This document shows, piece after piece, positions 22,747 to 33,900 of a stretch of DNA of 44,264 nucleotides. The DNA lies in contig NW_021835017.1 of NCBI RefSeq assembly GCF_006345805.1, positions 1 to 44,264 of the forward strand, written 5' to 3'. Under the pieces are notes generated by a model, which made no database searches, was not told where the DNA came from, and worked only from the letters and a program-made list of their open reading frames with translations. The DNA is from Octopus sinensis (taxonomy: Eukaryota). A program made the translations under genes and the position numbers. How positions within the stretch are numbered: the stretch's first letter is position 1; every line of letters begins with the position of its first letter.

Positions 22747-22768
22747 GTGAGTTCGTGTGTTGAAGCAT

Positions 22769-22973
22769 ATTCTGTTGTGTATGGGGAGAGTCATTTTTTT
22801 TTTGTGCTTTATAATTTAACACACTCACCGGTAGAATTTCCACGACTATTGAAAAGCTTGCAAGAGGCAACGAATATCTTAGAAAAATAAACAAGTAAGT
22901 GGGAATTTTACCGGTGAGTGTGTTAAATTATAAGGCACCAAAAGAGAATGACTCTCCCCAGACACAACAGAAT
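22769..22973. repeat. Fold-back element: 75-bp inverted arms around a 55-bp spacer (MITE or inverted Penelope-type pLTR)
   Basis: 22769-22843 is the reverse complement of 22899-22973, at roughly 90% identity by eye. Confidence 0.9.
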
Positions 22974-23004
22974 TACTTATATGGCTATATATATATATAT
23001 ATAA

Positions 23005-23227
23005 GTCCTTAAAATGTTTCAGCCCGAAAGCTACGGCCATACTGGGGCACCACCGTTGAATGAGCTACACTAGTATGTGAAACTACTTCTGATACGTGGC
23101 ACTTGGTCAACAAGGGAGTTCGACGCCGCTGCCCGCATCTGTGTTTCCTGCTGCGAGAGGTAGGTTCATCTGGAACCCCTGACAAGAAGAGATGTACCAA
23201 CATCCACACCATGCAGGTCTCTCAGAC

Positions 23228-23228
<1 letters not shown>
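23005..23228 (-). mobile_element. CR1/L2-type LINE 3' end
   Basis: The minus-strand peptide LFLSGVPDEPTSR is followed by the tail GGTGCCCCAGTATGGCCGTAG...GCTGAAACA. It is homologous to 26765-27095. Confidence 0.8.
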
Positions 23229-23260
<32 letters not shown>

Positions 23261-23277
23261 AATAGAAAGATAGATAT

Positions 23278-23324
<47 letters not shown>

Positions 23325-23701
23325 CATACATACATGCATACATACATACATACATACACTTCCACATTCGGACACGCGCATATATAAACGGACACATAAG
23401 CACACAAATGGGTGTAGGTGTTGTTCTGTGTGAATAATGCGACGTTGTACATACATCGTAATATATTTCTGCGTTTGCGTATGCACGCACGCGCGCGTGT
23501 ATATGTGTGCGTGCGTGTGCGTGTATGCGCGCGCGCGCTGGTGTGTGTGTGTGAGTGAGAGAGAGAGAGTAAGTATGTGCATATGTGTGTGAGTGCGTGG
23601 GTGAAAACTCGCCTGTACATTTTTTGGTTTATGTATGCATGTATTTATACGTAGATTTACGTGCATGTGTTTGAATATTCATATATATTTGTGTTAGACC
23701 T

Positions 23702-23741
<40 letters not shown>

Positions 23742-24259
23742 TGTGTGTGTGTGTGAATATTTTTGTGTGATCGTGTATATATATATATATATATATATAT
23801 ATCTTGCATGTATGTACACATACATAAAGACACAAATAATCATATTAATTTTCACATGATACTTTGGATTCTTACATCTACAATCACACAATCGCACACA
23901 GACACACACACACACACACACACATATATACATATATGTATATATGTATTTATGTATGTATTGATTGATTTGCATCAGTGTCTTAGCATGCGCGTCTGCC
24001 TCTAAGACCAGCATTGTTGTATGTGTGTTAGTGTGCGCCTTCATACATGTGTGTGTTTGTGCGTGTGTGTAGTGTTGTGTGTGTGTGTGTGTGTGTGTGT
24101 TGTGTGTGTGTGTGTGTGTGTGTGTGAATGAATATGTGTTCTGGGATATTTTTATATAATTTTCTTCTGTCCCATATACAACGAAGTGTGCATCTACATG
24201 TTTACTGATGACTGTCTAAAAGTATGCTTTTTACGTATGTGTAAATACTTATGCATATG

Positions 24260-24800
24260 GCGTGTAAGAAGATATATGCTCTGAGTATTACTTTAAACTA
24301 CATCTCGTAGTGAGACCCTGATTCTGGAATTCCAAACTTTAGAGAAATACGTGGAACCACCACTTAGCATCCATTTCTTATTGTTTCTAGATTTAATCTG
24401 ATCCAGACTAGCAGCAATTGTCAGGATCCCATCTAAGGGATTAATTAGTATGTCACAAGATTGTCTCCAGAAGGGCACTCACAGATACTCCCAACGAACC
24501 CAGAGTACATGACGTCCGTTAGCTCTTTCTCAGCTCATCTAAGAGAAGATAACTCCATACGAAACCTGTATCTTGATCAGAGCAGGTTTTAAGCCAATTA
24601 GAAAGGTTTGATCAAATCAGGCCCCGCACAGACGCTCAAACTGAGGACGCTTTGATGAATTTTTAGCATATCCAACCCTCAACGCTTCTTTGGCTGGAAC
24701 TGGCGTACTGCACGAAGCATAAACCATTTGCGTTTAGCTTTTGTAGAGAAGGGATCCCCTGACAATTCCCTAATTCTTCCCCACACTTACTAACATCAAC
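24260..24800 (-). pseudogene. Possible highly decayed RTE-like reverse transcriptase remnant
   Basis: Minus-strand peptides GILTIAASLDQIKSR...SKVWNSRIRVSLR and GNCQGIPSLQKL loosely resemble the RT thumb and the QG motif. There is no intact YADD. Confidence 0.3.
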
Positions 24801-25699
24801 TCTGATCCTGATAACTACTGGGCTTGTTACACCTGTTGCACCGGACCAGTACAAGTTTGAAGGGCGAGAATGGAGGAAGGATCTGTGCAAAAGATGTCAC
24901 CCTCTACCCACTAAAATATTAGTCATCGTGCAGGTTCTTCAACAAACCAAGACACTACCACGAGCAGTATCACACATTCTTCATAAATCCAGTAGTGACA
25001 GTGAAAGAGACAAAGGAAACAGGTAGAGGCTACTACAAGAAGTATTGAAGCTTTGACCCAATACAGGTGGCCATAGGTCGATGGTTGGTTTTCAGCCGTG
25101 TTATGTTCAACCATCATTCGTCTATGCGACAAAAGGACTCACCGTATGGAAGCTATATTTCAGCAAGGCGTGGGTTATTTTCAAAGTCATCTGAAGTAAA
25201 CGAGGCAGGCATATTACTGAGCATTTAACTGAGTCAGTGGATGAGTATCCAGTGGATGACTGATTGACTGAATCCAGTGGTTGACTGATGATCGACTGAA
25301 TGACTGAGTTGAGTGAGAGTTTTGAATGCTAGACAGGAAGAGTTACTGACAGAAATCGACATAGATACAGACATGCATACATATATACGTGAAACTGAGT
25401 AATACCATATGGATGATAACTGATGAAGAATTAGGGACCTCCTGTATCTGTCTTCCTTCCGTTTATGCAGACAGTATGCGTTATACGCTTTATACTTTAC
25501 GTTTATGTATTCACTATACATTTTTAAATTCATTATATATTTATATACGCATAAACACATACATACACAAGTGGTGTGTATATATATATATATACATATG
25601 TATATATAGACATATACATATATATGTATGCATATATGAGTATGTGTGAATATACACACACACATATATATATATATACACATGTACACACATATATCT

Positions 25700-25734
<35 letters not shown>

Positions 25735-25738
25735 TGTT

Positions 25739-25777
<39 letters not shown>

Positions 25778-25987
25778 TGTAGGTATATACGTATGAAATT
25801 GCGAGGATGATCCGGTTCTTGACTGAAGATTAAAGGCTTCGAATGACCCGTCTGTGTTTTTTGTATCGTCTTCTGGATGTTTTGCGTTCTTGTCCTATTT
25901 TGTATTTTTTTACATATATATATATAAACATACATACCTCTGTTCATACTGATACATATTCATATGCATATTTAAACGCATAAGATG

Positions 25988-26760
25988 TTGGGTCATTCCC
26001 GTAAATAATGCGGTTTTTTAAACTTCTTTTATTTTTCAAAATTGAGATAAACAAAGTTCTTTTTAAATGTAAAATATACTCTCCTTCATTTTCTACAATG
26101 CTCTTCCATCTATCTGGTAGACTTGCAAGGCCCCTCGTCCAAAATTCACTTGTCCGTGACGAAAAATACTCCTCCAGTACTATTCTGACTTCGTCTACGG
26201 AATTCATATTTTTTCCATCCAAATGATTTTGAAGACTGCAGAATAAATGATAAGATGGGGCAATGTCCGGCGAATAAAGTGGGTGGGGCTAAAAGGATTC
26301 ATTTGTGAGATATGACAGCAAAGAAGAGCATGCATTCACTCTCTGCGCGCTATTAGACTTTGTGAGGAACCCATTGATCTAATTTTTTTACTTTTCCGAC
26401 AGCACGCAGGTGTCGTTGCATGGTTGAATGACCAAATCCAAACTTCTCTGTTAGTTCCTCAACACTTACGATGGGATTTTGTTCCAGCAGGATTTGCAGA
26501 ACGTCCTCGACAAGCTCTACAGATCTTCCAGGACAAGGTCCATGTTCTAGGCTGTAGTTTGCGGCTCGAAATTTCTGGAGCCACCGTTGACACTGACTTA
26601 TGTTTATTGTCCAATCCCCATGTATTGCATTAATATTCCTCGCATTTTCTGTTGCACTGTTGTCATTATTGAACTCATAAAGCAAAATATGCTCCTTTGT
26701 CACTTCCATTAATGATTGGAAAAAATTACTGTTGAAATCTAACCAAACTTTGGAATAGAG
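25988..26760 (-). mobile_element. Mariner DNA transposon, internally deleted and non-autonomous
   Basis: The N-terminal HTH runs from MEVTKEHILLYEF to WVPHKV, followed by HPLYSPDIAPS-YHLF and the C-terminus FWTRGLASLPDRWKSIVENEGEYI. One TIR is present (TTGGGTCATTCCCGTAAATAATGCGGTTTTT at about 25988). The 5' end is lost at the CR1 fragment. Confidence 0.93.
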
Positions 26761-26764
26761 AGTT

Positions 26765-27095
26765 ATACCAGGCCACGAAATTGACGTCACTGTACTGTTC
26801 CAAATGACGCAGCTGTGTCATCTAAGGTGAGGACCATGTACTGCAATAACTTGGGATTCAAAGGCCCACAACTATTTAACTCCTTGCCAAAACATCTGAG
26901 CGATCTCCATGGAGAGGAGATGTTTTCAAGAAACAAATCTTTCTATCCAAGATTCCAGATGAACCAATATTAAGGCAGGAAACTCAAAAGCAACCAGTGG
27001 TATGGAACTCCCTCCTTCACCAAAAGCCAAAGCCATAGAATTGGCCAATTAATTAGGTGATTACACTGGCAATGCCCCAGCATGGCCGCATCCTC
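26765..27095 (+). mobile_element. CR1/L2-type LINE 3' end
   Basis: The peptide RHCTVP...SKVRTMYCNNLGFKGPQLFNSLPKHLSDLHG...FLSKIPDEP is followed by the tail TGCCCCAGCATGGCCGCA. Confidence 0.82.
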
Positions 27096-27127
27096 AAGGA
27101 ATAAAAGAATATATATACATGTATATA

Positions 27128-27349
27128 CCAGGAGATGCTGTAGAGTTCCTGACATTAGGGGGTGTCGCGAAAATTCTGGTTGGAGGCCCAAACTTCCAAG
27201 TTTTTTTATAAGGCTTAGAAAAATTGAAGGACTGCTGTAATAAGTGTGTGAATCTGAAGTGTATGAATCTGTGTTGAATAAAATGATAATTAGCTGATCC
27301 TCCCGTATTTTCTTTAACCCAAAGCCAGGAACTTTTCAGCACCCCCTCG
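27128..27349 (+). mobile_element. Mariner-derived MITE (TA-flanked)
   Basis: The right TIR is AAAGCCAGGAACTTTTCAGCACCCCCTCG-TA and the left TIR is degenerate. The interior encodes a mariner C-terminal remnant (KGLEKLKDCCNKCVNL). Confidence 0.85.
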
Positions 27350-27379
27350 TATATATATATGTGTGTATATGTATATATA

Positions 27380-28200
27380 CAGGGTGGGTAGAAAGTAACT
27401 AAGATTTAGAAATTGCTTATTGAATTTTGAGTATCACTGAAGTCATAACAAAAATATTTTTTGAATGTTAATGAGGATTTCTTATTTTCTTATTGTCTTA
27501 TTTCTTATTTTTTATTTTTCAGATGGTCGGTCGCTTCACTATTCAGGAGCGAATTAAGAGAGCAGCACGCTATGAAGTGTGGAATTCCATTGTTTTGGTT
27601 CAGAGATGGTGGCGTGCAAGGAAAGGTAAGCATGCAACACTACGTCCGGAGACAATAAAAAGTTGTAATGCAAAGCTGATGACAACGGGCTCTATGAACG
27701 AAGCAAGAGGTGACCGTCTAACTACATCCCGATCAGCGGGAAACATGGCAACAGTACAGGAAATGTTTAATCGTAGCCCCCCAAAATCAACACTTGAAGC
27801 ATCTCGTGAAAGTGGATTAACAAGCCACACGATAGGTACGGTGTTTCATAAAGAATTAAATTTTCGTCCGTGGTGCTAAAACTTGAAGAATGTGAGCGCA
27901 GAATGGAATATGGAATGGCCTCCAAGAAGACCAGATCTCATTTCATGTGAGTTTTACCTGAATCGTTACACGAAAGAGGAAGTGTACAAGACGAAACCTC
28001 GCACAATGGAGGACTTGAAAACACAGATTTAGGAGGTTCTCAATGATATCCCAGACAATATCTTTCAGAAGGTTGTTCCGTTTGAGGAAACTAGTTGACG
28101 CCACCGGTGCTTATGTGGAGATAAAAATATTTACATTAATTTTCTCATTTAAGAAAGAAGAGATATAATTTGTTTTCAATAAATTTGTAAAAGGAATATG
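27380..28200 (+). mobile_element. Tc1/mariner-superfamily transposon (DD37D/DD41D-like), internally deleted
   Basis: The left end is TA-CAGGGTG. An HTH ORF starts at ATG 27523 (MVGRFTIQERIK...VQRWWR...KELNFRPW) and jumps to EWPPRRPDLISCEFYL...EVYKTKPRTMEDLK...DATGAYVEI. I found no right TIR. Confidence 0.88.
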
Positions 28201-28209
28201 GCTTCTATT

Positions 28210-28269
<60 letters not shown>

Positions 28270-28335
28270 TGAATTTACCTATGTATATATTTGTATGTGT
28301 ATATATGCATATACATACATATACTTCTGTCTGTG

Positions 28336-28369
<34 letters not shown>

Positions 28370-28804
28370 CCTGTGTCTATATACCTATATAAATGTATAT
28401 ATATATGTATATATCCACATATATCTTTCTATATATATATATGTACATAGATGCATATATATACACACACATACACCCACATATATATAAAACACACATA
28501 AACACACAAACACATAAATACATATATACGCATATTACAAGACTTGTAAGTCTATGTGCTATTGTTGTTTGTGTGTGTAGGAACATGTGTTTACACAACG
28601 TATACAAGTGCATATATATGTACTTATACACATATATTTACTTATATATACATGTATTCATATATATGCAGCTATACATGCATCTATATATACATACATA
28701 TACATATGTATGTGTGTATACATACATATACACATACACACATATGTATATAAATATACATACAGACACACAGACGCGTAGACAGGAAGATAGATAGATA
28801 GATA

Positions 28805-28836
28805 TGTTTCTTTATTAGCCACACAGGGCTGGACAC
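28805..28836 (-). mobile_element. 32-nt 3'-terminal stub of the Tx1-type LINE within (GATA)n
   Basis: The minus strand reads GTGTCCAGCCCTGTGTGGCTAATAAAGAAACA, matching the LINE end at 7116-7146. GATA repeats flank both sides. Confidence 0.8.
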
Positions 28837-28914
<78 letters not shown>

Positions 28915-29199
28915 GAGGTTGATATACAAACAGACAAACAGAAATGAACAGAGAGATGATGGCAGTGATATAGTGTTAACGAAGGGAAGACAATGATACA
29001 ATGAAAATGAGAAAATGACTACTAGAAAGAGTGACTGCAAATTGTCCAGTAAATTGTAAGAGAAGAGAGAGAGAGAGAGAGAGAGAGATGTGTGGAAAAA
29101 CAGAGAAAGGAAAAAAGTGACTGAGGAAGATAGGCTCGGAGCGATATAGACGGAATTAAAGAAAAAATTAGTGGAGAGATGTTTAATTAATGATATTCA

Positions 29200-29571
29200 T
29201 CTTTATCTCGTACTTGTTTTTCAGGCATTGGACTGCGGCCATGCTGTGGTACGGTTTTTGAAGGGCTTAGTTGAATAAACTGCAACCCTTGCAGTTTCAA
29301 TTTTAAAAGTTGTTGCGTATTCTGTCTGTCGGTCACTTTTTTTTTTACTGAAAACCCTAGGTTACGAAGATGTGAACAAACCAGCAGCGGCTATGAAGTG
29401 GCGCTACGAGACAATCACAACGACACAAATACACACACACACACGGACACAAACAATATATATACATTAAAACACACATAGATATATACATCAGATATAC
29501 AAATATAAATATATACGTATGTGTATATATGTATATACATACATGCATACATACATACATATATGTATATA

Positions 29572-29602
<31 letters not shown>

Positions 29603-30030
29603 GTGTGTGTGTGTGTGCGTGTGGTTGTGTGTGTGTGTGTATATATCCAGTAATTTTTTGCTAGTTTTATTTTGTCTTTTTGTCTCCTTTCCTTGTGCTG
29701 TATGAACATTTAAGGTGGTTTTAGAGTAAGATTCTAGCTGCTATTTTCAGCATGTCTGTATCTCGTAGATACCCTAAATTATAATTTTAATACTAATTAT
29801 TACCTTTGAAGGTTTTTATTTCCATGCTTGCCACTTAATAGGATCGCTATTTAATTTAAATTAACGATCTTATCCTTATATATATATATATATATATATG
29901 TAGGTCCCACGGCCGGTTTCCTTCAGTTTTCGTCTGCCAAATATATTCGGTGTACAATGGAAGACACACGCATTGGGATTGAACCCGAAGTTATGCAGTT
30001 GACTTGCACGCTTCTTACCACACAGCCATT
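29200..30030 (-). mobile_element. Degenerate family A SINE pieces (tail 29200-29440, head 29900-30030)
   Basis: GGACTGCGGCCATGCTG tail and CTTCTTACCACACAGCCATTC head, both in reverse orientation. Confidence 0.65.
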
Positions 30031-30073
30031 CTTATATGTTTATATATTTATGCCTGTTTTATATGTATGCATG

Positions 30074-30117
<44 letters not shown>

Positions 30118-30127
30118 TGAGTGAGTT

Positions 30128-30158
<31 letters not shown>

Positions 30159-30320
30159 TTTGTGTTGTGTGTGTGGCGCGCGCGTTCAATCACAAGAGTG
30201 TATATAGAAACAGGTTGTTGAAAGACCCGAGAGATAGTTACGAAAAAAGCGAGATAACTAGAGCGATAGAGATGTATTCTTCGTGAGAAAAGCAGAAATA
30301 CAAAGAACGAGGAAAACAAC

Positions 30321-30399
<79 letters not shown>

Positions 30400-30571
30400 G
30401 GAGGGATAGAGAGAGTTAGAGGGTGGAGCGGAGATAGATATGTGTCTATATGTGTGAGTCTATATGCATGTGTCTATATGTATGTGTTTGTGAGTGTGTG
30501 GAGTGTGAGCGTTGTGTGTATGATCTGACGAAGAAAAGTTTGTCTGTATATGATCGAGTGTCGGAAGACGG

Positions 30572-30754
<183 letters not shown>

Positions 30755-30880
30755 GTTTGTCTCTGCCTGGCTAAGGATTTATCGATATCTCTCGCTATCT
30801 GTGTGAGTGTGGGTTTTTGTGTGTGAGGGTGTCTGTCAGTAGTCTCTCTATTTATCTAACTGCCTATACCTCTGGCAACA

Positions 30881-30924
30881 TTGTCCCCTCCGTGTGTTCG
30901 GCCCTGTGTGGTTAATAAAGAAAC

Positions 30925-30925
<1 letters not shown>
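30881..30925 (+). mobile_element. 3'-terminal stub of the Tx1-type LINE followed by (TATC)n
   Basis: TTGTCCCCTCCGTGTGTTCGGCCCTGTGTGGTTAATAAAGAAACT matches 7103-7146. Confidence 0.8.
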
Positions 30926-30997
<72 letters not shown>

Positions 30998-31039
30998 AAC
31001 CTATCTACCTATTTATCTATTTATCTGTGTGTCTGCATG

Positions 31040-31099
31040 CATGTATGTATGTACGTTTGTATGCATGCATGCATTCATGTATGTATGTATGTATGTATG

Positions 31100-31133
<34 letters not shown>

Positions 31134-31800
31134 TGTATGTATGTATGTATGTATGTATGTATGTATGTATGTTGTATGTATGTATGTATGTATGTATGTA
31201 TGTATGTATATATGTATGTATGTATGTATGTAAATGAGTATGTATGTTTATGTATGTATATGTATATATGTAGGTATGTATGTATGTATGTATGTATGTA
31301 TTTATGTATATATTGTATGTATGTATGTATTAGAATGTATGTATGTATGTATGTTTGTATATATGTATGTATGCATGGGGGTATGTATGTATGCATTTAT
31401 GTTATGTATTATGTATGTATGAATGTATGTATGTATGTATGTATGTATGTATGCATGTTGTATGTATATGATGTATGTATGTATGTAATAGTATGTATGT
31501 ATGTATGCAATTTATGTATGTATGTATGTAGATATGTATGTATGTGTGTATGTATGTATGTATGTATTATGTATGAATGTATTTATGTATGTATGAATGT
31601 ATGTATGTATGTATGTATGAATGTATGTATGTATGTATGAATGTATGTATGTATGTATGAATGTATGTATGTATGTATGCATTTATGTATGTATGTATGT
31701 ATGTATGAATGTATGTATGTATGTATGAATGTATGTATGTATGAATGTATGTATGTATGTATGAATGTATGTATGTATGTATGTATGTATGTATGTATGT
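31040..31800. repeat. About 760-bp degenerate (TATG)n tract
   Basis: Directly visible. Confidence 0.97.
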
Positions 31801-31961
31801 GTCTGAAGAAGTTAGGGAATGTATTTGTGATTTGTAAGGGGTAATAAGATGGTGTGTGTTTCTTTATGCATATATCTTTATGAGTCCATAGGTGTATGCA
31901 TTCATAAACTTGTATATGTGTGTGTTTGGCCTGCGGACATATGTACTTACTTCTATATATA

Positions 31962-32018
<57 letters not shown>

Positions 32019-32685
32019 AAGTGTGTATAAGTACATGTTTGGATACGTGTATTTGTATGTTGTTGTTTGCGTGTATGTGTGTATGCATGTGCATCTGTGT
32101 GTATGCGTGTGCATCTGTGTGTATCTATGTGTGCTTGTGTGTGTGTGTATGTTTGTGATCGTTTGTGTTACTGTTCACTTCTTTAGCTCCATCTCAGACG
32201 AAATGTGTATGCATATGTGTGTGTGTATGCACCCACGTATATACATGCATGCACACAATGTTATGTATGTGTGTGTGTGTGTGTGTGTGTGTACGTGTGT
32301 GTCTCTGTGTGTAAGTGTTTGAGTGCGTGTGTTTGCGGTAATGGCTTATTCTTGTACTATGACTATTTATCAACAGTATCAAGATGTCTACTTAGCCTGT
32401 TAAAATATCTGTCCACTTAACTCTGTCTGCTGACCAGAGAGAGATTATTTTCAGACCAACCGATATGTCTATTAGTCTACCCCACTCTCTCTGCACTATT
32501 TTCGACACATAAAACATAATAATAACTACGTAAGCAAAATGGCGGTGATGAGACAAAAGGAAAAAAAAAGTAGTAAGGAGCAAAAAACGAAAACTGAAAC
32601 AGTGATCTTGTAGGGTGTTGTATGTCAGTTGGTAGAGAGTGCAGGTGACAATGTGTGTGTCTATTATATGTATGTATATGTATGT

Positions 32686-32725
<40 letters not shown>

Positions 32726-32776
32726 GATAATATATATATATTATATATATATATAATATACTATATATATCATATA

Positions 32777-32816
<40 letters not shown>

Positions 32817-32842
32817 ATATATATGTGTATGTGTGTGTGTGT

Positions 32843-32879
<37 letters not shown>

Positions 32880-32889
32880 CTCTATACTC

Positions 32890-33301
32890 CACTCTCTTTT
32901 ACTCTTTTACTTGTTTCAGTCATTTGACTGTGGCTATGCTGGAGCACCGCCTTTACCGAGCAAATCGACCCCAGGACTTATTCTTTGTTAGCCTAGTACT
33001 TATTCTATCGTTCTCCTTTGCCGAACCGCTAAGTTACGGGGACATAAACACACCAGCATCGGTTGTCAAGCGATGTTGAGAGGACCAACACAGACACACA
33101 AATACATACACAGACACACACACATATATATATGTATATATATATACGACGGGCTTCCTTCAGCCTCCGTCCACCCAATCCACTCACAAGGTTTTGGGCC
33201 GGCCCGAGGCTATAGTAGAAGACACTTGCCCAAGGTGCCACGCAGGGGAATGAACCCGGAACCATGTGGTTCGTAAGCAAGGCACTTACCACACAGTCAC
33301 T
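32890..33301 (-). mobile_element. Full-length family A SINE
   Basis: Complete tail, body and head in reverse orientation. Confidence 0.92.
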
Positions 33302-33342
33302 ACCCCCTATAATATATAATATATATATATATATATAATATA

Positions 33343-33382
<40 letters not shown>

Positions 33383-33578
33383 TTTTGCTGATCCCTTAAA
33401 TATTTTATATAATTATAAAAATAACTTTTTGTAGAAGTTTTTACCGATAATGTTTTTTTCCATACCGAACTACTTTTGTTGTAAAATTTATCAATTATAA
33501 AATTAATAATTCTTTACCCTATCTATATCTATATCTATATCTATCTATCTATCTATCTATCTATCTAATCTATCTACC

Positions 33579-33609
<31 letters not shown>

Positions 33610-33724
33610 GCACACACACACACACACATATATATATATAGGTATTTGTGTGTTTGTGTATATAGGTGTTTTTGCGTGTGTGTGTGTACGTGTGTGTGCG
33701 TGTGTGTGTCTTTCACTGTATATT

Positions 33725-33900
33725 GCTGCGAGCTGACAGAATCGTTAGTACATCGGACAAAATGCCAAGAGGCATTTAGTCCGTCTCTACGTTTTGAGTT
33801 CAAATTCCTATGAAGTCGAGTTTCCCCTTTCATCATATTATGGTCTTTGAAATAAGTACAATAAAACCTCTATAATTTCCGTTTTTGTGTTTCTAGTAGA
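33725..33900 (+). mobile_element. Degenerate family B SINE
   Basis: GCGAGCTGACAGAATCGTTAG...GAGTTCAAATTCC...AAATAAGTAC. Confidence 0.8.

Noticed and set aside
24483-24538. Minus-strand 56-nt segment with a strong acceptor and donor
   Set aside because: It has stops in all three frames. It shows that good-looking splice pairs arise by chance here.
25795-25850. GAAA...CTGAAGA...CGAA hammerhead-like words
   Set aside because: I could not build stems I and II in any topology.
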